A stretch of DNA of 25,690 bases. Source: Thraustochytrium aureum. Its lineage: Eukaryota. Position numbers and translations under genes: made by a program. The DNA lies in assembly GCA_012862495.1 (NCBI GenBank), contig BLSG01000172.1:71711-97400 (forward strand), written 5' to 3'. This document shows, piece by piece, positions 17,926 through 25,690 of the stretch (positions are counted from its first letter, which is position 1; each line of letters opens with the position of its first letter). The notes under the pieces are model-generated. The model did no database searches. It saw only the letters and a list, made by a program, of their open reading frames with translations, and was not told where the DNA came from.

Positions 17926-20900
17926 AACCCGGCCTCAACCGGCGTTCGGCCGCGAGAGCCTGGCCGCCGCAGCGACCCGCTCGCCGGGAGCACTTGGACG
18001 AGCCATGGCGCGGGCCCGTCACAAGTAACATGCTCCAGTGCGAGCTTGGCCTCTGCGTTGCCGGGGTCAGCCGCAACAGCACGCTCAAAGCACTCGATGG
18101 CAGACTGCCAATCGCCCTCCTGGAAAGCAACCACCCCAAGGTTGTTCCAAGCATGGCTCTCGGACGGAAAGACGCGGAGGCAGAACTTGTAGAACGACCG
18201 CGCCTCCTCCAGCCTGCCCGCCCGAAAATACGCGTTGGCGAGGTCCATCAGCGGCTCTGCCTGCACTAGGCCAGACTCGACAGCACCGACCGGGAGCGTG
18301 TCCAACACGTCCCACACGGTGTGGCCGAGGACATCGTCCGGCTCGTCGTCCCGGAGGTCTGGCACAGAGAAGGCCTTCACAGTACGCATCATCAAGACGC
18401 GCCGCATGATGCGGACGGCCTCGTGGTGCTCGCCCTGCTCGCTCAGCATTGCGCCAAGGTCACGCAGCGTGTCGGCAAGTTCTGCCACGACGACCTCGCG
18501 GGGCCGAAGCCGCTCGACGGGGCCGCTCGGCCCACCTGGCGCTTGCACGTGCCTAGCAGCGCCCGGGATGGGCTCGCGCTCCAATTCTGCAATCTNNNNN
18601 NNNNNNNNNNNNNNNNNNNNNNNNNNNNNNNNNNNNNNNNNNNNNNNNNNNNNNNNNNNNNNNNNNNNNNNNNNNNNNNNNNNNNNNNNNNNNNNNNNNN
18701 NNNNNNNNNNNNNNNNNNNNNNNNNNNNNNNNNNNNNNNNNNNNNNNNNNNNNNNNNNNNNNNNNNNNNNNNNNNNNNNNNNNNNNNNNNNNNNNNNNNN
18801 NNNNNNNNNNNNNNNNNNNNNNNNNNNNNNNNNNNNNNNNNNNNNNNNNNNNNNNNNNNNNNNNNNNNNNNNNNNNNNNNNNNNNNNNNNNNNNNNNNNN
18901 NNNNNNNNNNNNNNNNNNNNNNNNNNNNNNNNNNNNNNNNNNNNNNNNNNNNNNNNNNNNNNNNNNNNNNNNNNNNNNNNNNNNNNNNNNNNNNNNNNNN
19001 NNNNNNNNNNNNNNNNNNNNNNNNNNNNNNNNNNNNNNNNNNNNNNNNNNNNNNNNNNNNNNNNNNNNNNNNNNNNNNNNNNNNNNNNNNNNNNNNNNNN
19101 NNNNNNNNNNNNNNNNNNNNNNNNNNNNNNNNNNNNNNNNNNNNNNNNNNNNNNNNNNNNNNNNNNNNNNNNNNNNNNNNNNNNNNNNNNNNNNNNNNNN
19201 NNNNNNNNNNNNNNNNNNNNNNNNNNNNNNNNNNNNNNNNNNNNNNNNNNNNNNNNNNNNNNNNNNNNNNNNNNNNNNNNNNNNNNNNNNNNNNNNNNNN
19301 NNNNNNNNNNNNNNNNNNNNGCTGCGCGCAGCCGACGCAAGCTTCAAGGACTCCTCCAGCAGCTCGAGCCCCTCGCAGCGTCGCCGCTTGAGAGGGCGGC
19401 CTCGCCAAGGCCAGCGGCGCGGCACGCGCAAGTGTTGTCAAGGACGCTCTCAAAGGCGCGAGCCGCGTCGAGGAACCTTGCGAGGCCGAGGAGCGATTGC
19501 CCGTGGCCGCAACGCGACGCAGAAGCGAGCGGGCCGGCGTCCGCTTGGGTCTCGCTGGTCGAACGTGCAAAGTGCCGCGAGGCGACCTCGAACAGCACGG
19601 CTCGCGCCGGCGACCGGCGGGCCAGCCCCTGAGCCACTGCAAGCGCCGCTTTGCCAGCCCGCCAGTGGCCCGTCGCCGGCTCCGAAGTCGACGACCCCAG
19701 CAAAGCCCACCACTCGTGGACGAGGGCAGCGCGATGCGCTCCTTGATCTGCACGTGCCCGCCCCAAGATCGCATGGAGCTGTGCTGTCTGGTTCGGAAGC
19801 AGGGCCCCCTGACCCTGAGGGCCCGTCTTGCGCCCGAGGAGAAGCTTGGGCACGACAAGAAGATGCGCGTCGAGAATATCCTGCAATGCGCCCGCACTTG
19901 CGTCCGGACCCAGCGTGGACGCATACTCGGCCCCGAGGCCGCGCGCAAACACGCCAGCGACGATGCTTCCAGAGTCGCCCAGCTGCTGCAAAAAGTTGCC
20001 TAGTTCCACAGCAAGCCAGGGGTAGCCAGCAGGCATCGCTTCCAAACCTGCGTTTGCAATCTCGAGCAGCGGGGCGCACTGCGGCTTGCCGGCACAGAGG
20101 AAGCCAGGGTCCACTTTGCGGCGCGCAGCGAGAGCCGAGGCGAGGACCTCGGCTCCACAGCCAGGACCCAATGTGTTGCCCACCTCAAGCGCAAGGCGGA
20201 GCTGGTGCTGGTCGTCCGTCTCGAGCCACTCGGCTACGTATCGACCGGCCTCGTCGCGCTTGGCTTTGTCGGCAGCGAGCCCGACAAGCACGAGCTTGTC
20301 CTCTGCCGCGTCCTGGACTTGGACGAGAAGGCGGCGAGCAAGAGCTACGGCGCTGTCCACCTGGCAGGCATCTCGGAGCCGCGATATGGCGACGCGGGAC
20401 AGCACCACGATCTGCCCGCTAGTGGCACCTTTGCCGCCGTGGGTCTGGTGCTTGGCTTGGTCGAGCAGCGCGTTTGCGAGAACTTTGGCGTGGAAAGCGG
20501 CCTCAACAGGCTGCCCAGCCGCGGCGGCAACGTCCGAAGCAAGTCGCAGGGCCTCCATCGCTGTCGCAAATTGACGTTCGCTGACAGTCTCGCGCGGCAC
20601 TGCAGCGACAGCCGCCCGCAAGAAAAGCAAACTCAACAGCGACTGCCTGTCAGCGAGGAAGATGAGGCCAAGCTGCAGCATACAGCGCGCAAGAAGGCCG
20701 GGGCCCTCGCTCTCTGCCACAGCGAGAAGAGACTGCGACGCGCGCACCATCATGTCTGACGCAAGTTGCGCGTGGCCTCCCAGCCGGTACTGTTCCCCGA
20801 GCTCCACTTGGACAGCTGCGTGCAGAGCGTCGCGGGAGCTGAAAGCGGGGGTGAACGGTCCGCGCGCAGCGTCGAAGAGTTGGTCCTCCGCAAGCTCGTC

Positions 20901-23900
20901 CCGCGTACGAGGCTGGGGACCTGGTACGGTGACCGACTGCGTATCGTTCCGCGTAAAGGCGTGCGCGCGCTCCAAGAACTGCACAGCCTCTTCGTCCGCT
21001 GCCCCTGGGCCAGCAAGAGCGAGTTTGGCCACTGCCGCGCGGTAAAACGTGTCGGCGGCCCCGACGGAGGTGTTGGTTGCCAAGACAAGCGAGGCCTCCT
21101 GAAATGTGTCGAACGCCCGCGCCCAGTCGCCGCGGTCCGCAAACGCGACGCCCAGCTCGTGCAGCGCGGGCGCGCTCTCGGGGTAGGCATTGACCGCTGT
21201 CCAGAGCATAGCAAGTCGCTCACCCCGGTTGCCGGCGGACTCGGACGCGCCGTGCTCGCGGCCCTTCGCGAACTGCACATGCCGCAACAGCTTTGCAGCC
21301 CACAAGAGGGCGAAAAAGNNNNNNNNNNNNNNNNNNNNNNNNNNNNNNNNNNNNNNNNNNNNNNNNNNNNNNNNNNNNNNNNNNNNNNNNNNNNNNNNNN
21401 NNNNNNNNNNNNNNNNNNNNNNNNNNNNNNNNNNNNNNNNNNNNNNNNNNNNNNNNNNNNNNNNNNNNNNNNNNNNNNNNNNNNNNNNNNNNNNNNNNNN
21501 NNNNNNNNNNNNNNNNNNNNNNNNNNNNNNNNNNNNNNNNNNNNNNNNNNNNNNNNNNNNNNNNNNNNNNNNNNNNNNNNNNNNNNNNNNNNNNNNNNNN
21601 NNNNNNNNNNNNNNNNNNNNNNNNNNATCTGGTTGTGAGATGCGAACATGCCGCCCAGCTGGAACAGACTGCCGGCTTGCTCGACCAGCAGGATCCCGCC
21701 GCCCGCCTTGGCGGCGCGACCAGATGAAGCCTGCACCGCCGCTGCGCAGTGGCGCGGCGCCTTCTGGAGTGCAGTGCGGTTCGCGAAGCTGGGGACAGCC
21801 GGGTCCACTTCGGCCGTCGCTCCTGCTTGAAGGCTTGCTCGACTTGGCGGGCTGTGCGGGCCATTGCTATCACCTTGCTCTCGTTCGTCTTGCTCGGTTT
21901 GCTGGCCCCAGCGTCCCGCAAAGCGCCGCATCGACCCTGCAACAGACTGCGCCCACGAGCGCGCTGGCTGCGCGTTCGCAAGTCCAGAAAGGGGGATCGC
22001 GGGCTGAGGCGTGGCGCCACTCGCTGCCTCCAAGTGCTCGGCCCTTGCGCGGTGCTTGCGCGCTTCTGCGGGCTGCCCGTTGGCTGCGAGAACAATAGAG
22101 AGCGTCCGGTGCGCCTCGGCGCTCGTCGGATCCAGTCCGACGGCTTCTATGAGCAGGCCAAGGGCCGTGTTGGGCTCACCGCGCTGCACGTAGACAGCGG
22201 CGGCGCTCACGCGGGCCTGTACAGCCACCTGGCTCGACTCCGGGGCCGGGGATCCATCTGCAATCTTTATCGCGCTCTGGAGGCTCTGGATTGCCCCGTC
22301 GATTCTCTCAAGCCTGGTGAGCGCGTTACCCATGTGAAGATGAAGCGCAGCGTCCGTTTTGTCGAGCTTGTAGGCGGCCGTGAAGGCCTCGAGAGCGCGG
22401 TGAAAACGACCGTGGGCCATGAGCGCAAGGCCGACCTCCATTTTGCAGGGCAGACAGGAGGGGTCCAGGTTGGCAGCTTTCTGCAAAAGCGCGAGACCTG
22501 CTTCGCCGTCTCCGTCGAGCCCGCGACGCACCAAAAGACGTCCTAGCTCAAGGTGAGCACGGCTGTCTCTTGGCCAGAGGCGCAGGGCACCTTCGAGGGT
22601 CGACCGAGCGACCTCTTGGTCGTCCACGCCCCTGGGCTCGCGGAGGAGCAAGTCCGCTGCCGAAAGGTACACCTCCGGCCGGTCAGCGCCGGCCGCAATG
22701 GCAGCCAGGAGGTGCTCGATGCCGCCAACCGCGTCCCCTTGCCGAACGCGGCAGTGGCCGAGGCCCTCCAAGGCCGCCGCCCCTGCACCAGCCGCTAGCG
22801 CCTCGCGGAAAGTGGCCTCGGCGTGGCCCGGGTGCCCCAGATGCAGCGTTGCGTTGCCAACTAGCACAAGCAGCGCCGCCTCCGAGGTCGTGTCCTGGAC
22901 CTCGACAGCGCCCGCATTGCGGCTCCGAAGCGCAGCAAGCGCCTCCCTGAACGAGGCAAGAGACTGCTCCACTTGGCCCACGAGCGTTTGCGCCTTGCCG
23001 AGGCGAACGAGGAGCCCCGGCGACGGAGGCCCATCCGAGTGAGCTGCCGCCTCCAGCTGCGACACCGCGTCGAGCGGGCGATTTTGCGCGAGGTGCACCT
23101 CTGCAAAGAGTGTGCGAGCCGGGGCGCTGCCAGGACGAAGAGCCACCGCGCTGGCAGCGGCCCCGTGCGCTTCGCGCACGCGGCCTTCTGCGAGCAACAC
23201 TTGAGCGAGCAGGAATCGGGCCTCGAACGAGCCCTCGTCGAGCCACGTGGCTTGCTGCAAGTGCGACACCGCGAGTCCCACGAGTCGATCGGCCTGGCCG
23301 GTGTCCCTCTCGCGGCCATATTCGCGCAGTATGCGACCGCGAGCGACGAGGGCGCGACCAAGCTCTACATGCACGTGGGGCGATTCTGGCCAGAGCTCCG
23401 CCGCGCGCCCAAGGTGCCGCGTGGCCGCGTCCCATTCCTCACGCGCCGCCAACAGCGCACCGACGCGCACCATGGCGTAGTGATCCACCGAGCCGAGCTG
23501 AAGGGCCTTGGACAGGTGCTGCAGGACCCGCTCGTCGCGTTCCTCGCGCGCTGCCTCGTCGATCTCCGACTCGGGCGCCGTAGCAGCAACAGGCAGGCCC
23601 GCGAGGCGGCGCAGGTCGATACTGCCCGGCGGCGCTGCTCCAGGGCGAGGAAAGGCGTCCAGAGCGAGCCCCATACCGCGATGTGCTAGAGCGCTGCGCG
23701 AGTCGACGCGAAGCGCCTCGGCGAATTGGGTCTGCGCGGCTTCTGCTCGGGCAACGGCAAGCGCGAGCTGGCCGGCGCGCACCCTCGCGCTAAGTTCAAA
23801 TCGAGCGTAGCGGCCCCACGGTGCGTCGCCCAGCATGCTTGCTGTCCGGGCGGCCTCCGCAAGGTCAAGGAAGAGCGTGAGCGCGCGAGGACGGTCCTGC

Positions 23901-24931
23901 AGCGCTTCCAGCGCGGCCGCCCGCAGGCAGAAGGCCGCCGCTCGCTTTTCGCCTGGCACGTGCGGCCCGTCCGGCAGAAGGGCAATGACTTGCTGAAACG
24001 CGCGCAGGGCGTCGCTCCACGCGTCGCCTTTGGCCAGGGCGCGGAGCCCGCGCTCCCACTCCGTGGAGGCCCTCGCGAGCCTATCGCCGACCTTGACGGC
24101 GTCCTGAATTGCTTGAAAGGCCAGAGCCTCGTCGCGCGACCCCGTTCGCAGCAAGAGCGCTGCGTTTTGAATCGCGGCGGCGCGTCCGTGCGCGGCCTTC
24201 GCCTCGGCCGCAAACCCGNNNNNNNNNNNNNNNNNNNNNNNNNNNNNNNNNNNNNNNNNNNNNNNNNNNNNNNNNNNNNNNNNNNNNNNNNNNNNNNNNN
24301 NNNNNNNNNNNNNNNNNNNNNNNNNNNNNNNNNNNNNNNNNNNNNNNNNNNNNNNNNNNNNNNNNNNNNNNNNNNNNNNNNNNNNNNNNNNNNNNNNNNN
24401 NNNNNNNNNNNNNNNNNNNNNNNNNNNNNNNNNNNNNNNNNNNNNNNNNNNNNNNNNNNNNNNNNNNNNNNNNNNNNNNNNNNNNNNNNNNNNNNNNNNN
24501 NNNNNNNNNNNNNNNNNNNNNNNNNNNNNNNNNNNNNNNNNNNNNNNNNNNNNNNNNNNNNNNNNNNNNNNNNNNNNNNNNNNNNNNNNNNNNNNNNNNN
24601 NNNNNNNNNNNNNNNNNNNNNNNNNNNNNNNNNNNNNNNNNNNNNNNNNNNNNNNNNNNNNNNNNNNNNNNNNNNNNNNNNNNNNNNNNNNNNNNNNNNN
24701 NNNNNNNNNNNNNNNNNNNNNNNNNNNNNNNNNNNNNNNNNNNNNNNNNNNNNNNNNNNNNNNNNNNNNNNNNNNNNNNNNNNNNNNNNNNNNNNNNNNN
24801 NNNNNNNNNNNNNNNNNNNNNNNNNNNNNNNNNNNNNNNNNNNNNNNNNNNNNNNNNNNNNNNNNNNNNNNNCGCATGCTCGCACTTTTCAAACTCGCCG
24901 CTCCGTCGGCATCGCAGCTTTTGGCTCTCAT
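17922..24931 (-). CDS. Giant tetratricopeptide-repeat (TPR) protein; 3 N-runs and 1 frameshift (19369-19372); start uncertain
   Basis: Many TPR-consensus units, e.g. HVHVELGRALVARG, LHLHMGNALTRLERIDGAIQSLQSAI, ALHELGVAFADRGDWARAFDTFQEA, AWNNLGVVAFQEGDWQSAIECFERAVAADPGNAEA. All segments are on the same strand with no intergenic-looking DNA between them. That they form a single gene is inferred. Confidence 0.78.
18596..19320. other. N-run (725 nt) within the TPR gene
   Basis: Run of n bases. Confidence 0.99.
21319..21626. other. N-run (308 nt) within the TPR gene
   Basis: Run of n bases. Confidence 0.99.
24219..24872. other. N-run (654 nt) near the TPR gene 5' end
   Basis: Run of n bases. 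Confidence 0.99.
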
Positions 24932-24949
24932 GGCGCTGGCTCAGTGGGC

Positions 24950-25039
24950 GTGGAGCGCGACTCAACTTTGGGACCATGGGTTGCACTGGGGGGGAGTAGA
25001 ACGCGATTCAACTTCGGGGCCCTGGGTTTTGCACTTGGG
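24950..25039. repeat. Imperfect tandem duplication of about 44 bp
   Basis: gtggagcgcgactcaactttgggaccatggg--ttgcactgggg (24950-24991) vs gtagaacgcgattcaacttcggggccctgggttttgcacttggg (24996-25039); 35 of 44 columns identical by hand. Confidence 0.85.
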
Positions 25040-25207
25040 CTCATGTGACTGCGCCCTATTTCTTTGTCTAGCTCGAGAGAGCTCTTGAAACCAAGCACAA
25101 CAGCAATGACGACAACAATGACGAAGCATAACGACGCATTCCGGCCGCCAAAACTCTTACGATGTCCGCGGCCGCAGCCGCGCGCACGACCGCTAGCAGC
25201 CCGGCAG

Positions 25208-25690
25208 CTAGTCGGACTTGGTTTGCTGCGCAGCTTTGGGGGCTCGGAAGGCCAGGATGTCGCGGAGGCGCACCAGGTTGGCAACGCTTCGAAACAAAAA
25301 CCCGGGCACAAACACCAAACTCCAGTCGGGCCGCCCGACGACGAGGCAGAGCGTTGTCGCCTCAAAACTAGCACATGCCCAAAACAGCGCGGCCTTGTTG
25401 TCCAGGTACATGCGAACAATGCTGCTCTTGGACTCCATCTCCTTCTGGTGAAAGCCGCCCACCTCAGAGATGTACATGACGACGCCGTGCGCGACGACCT
25501 CGACGAGGATGAGGGCCGCGTACAGGCCTGCAGCCACAAGGGACCCGGTTTGACCAGGGTAGTCCTGCAGCATGCGCGTCGCCGCGACGTGCAGGCAGAG
25601 CGCGGAGCTGATCCGATCGATGATCATGTCCAGATACAGCCCGAGCTTCGAGGTCTGGTTGAGCGCGCGCGCCGCCATGCCGTCGAACGC
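25208..25690 (-). CDS. CDP-alcohol phosphatidyltransferase, phosphatidylinositol synthase (PIS/CDIPT)-like; 5' partial
   Basis: AFDGMAARALNQTSKLGLYLDMIIDR fits the signature DGxxARx8GxxxDxxxD. Hydrophobic helices follow, with PIS-like IVRMYLDNKAALFWACASFE. Confidence 0.85.
   Translation of the reverse strand, partial: AFDGMAARALNQTSKLGLYLDMIIDRISSALCLHVAATRMLQDYPGQTGSLVAAGLYAALILVEVVAHGVVMYISEVGGFHQKEMESKSSIVRMYLDNKAALFWACASFEATTLCLVVGRPDWSLVFVPGFLFRSVANLVRLRDILAFRAPKAAQQTKSD

Noticed and set aside
19344..24218. TPR protein as a secreted glycoprotein (NAT, NRT, NTS, NDT, NQT sequons)
   Set aside because: About 5 of 25 Asn by hand count is too weak an excess, and no signal peptide is visible.
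1..25690. Functional gene cluster (ciliary, ubiquitin or defence system)
   Set aside because: Tubby, CFAP96, TPR and two ubiquitin-binding tails co-occur, but orientations are mixed and unrelated metabolic genes are interspersed. Only conserved synteny across distant species would support it.

Overview
Eukaryotic nuclear DNA that is GC-rich, gene-dense and has no visible introns. It resembles a flagellated protist such as a thraustochytrid-like stramenopile; that taxon is inferred, not shown. The window has 7 N-runs and about 10 single-base frameshifts, mostly at or next to homopolymers, which is typical of a pyrosequencing-type draft. After repairing the frames there are 10 genes: a BIRC6/UBE2Z-class E2 with a CUE/UBA-like tail (+, 5' partial), a Tubby-domain protein (-), 2-isopropylmalate synthase LeuA (+), a candidate MED15-like protein (-), COQ3/UbiG methyltransferase (-), CFAP96/C4orf47 (+), a membrane-anchored papain-family protease with a cytosolic UBA-like tail (+), an Asteroid/XPG-type PIN nuclease (+), a giant TPR protein (-) and a PIS-like CDP-alcohol phosphatidyltransferase (-, 5' partial). 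I saw no RNA genes, CRISPR arrays or mobile elements, and no co-functional gene cluster. The best leads are the protease architecture, the rearranged MED15-like protein, and two N-gaps whose flanks join into seamless coding sequence.
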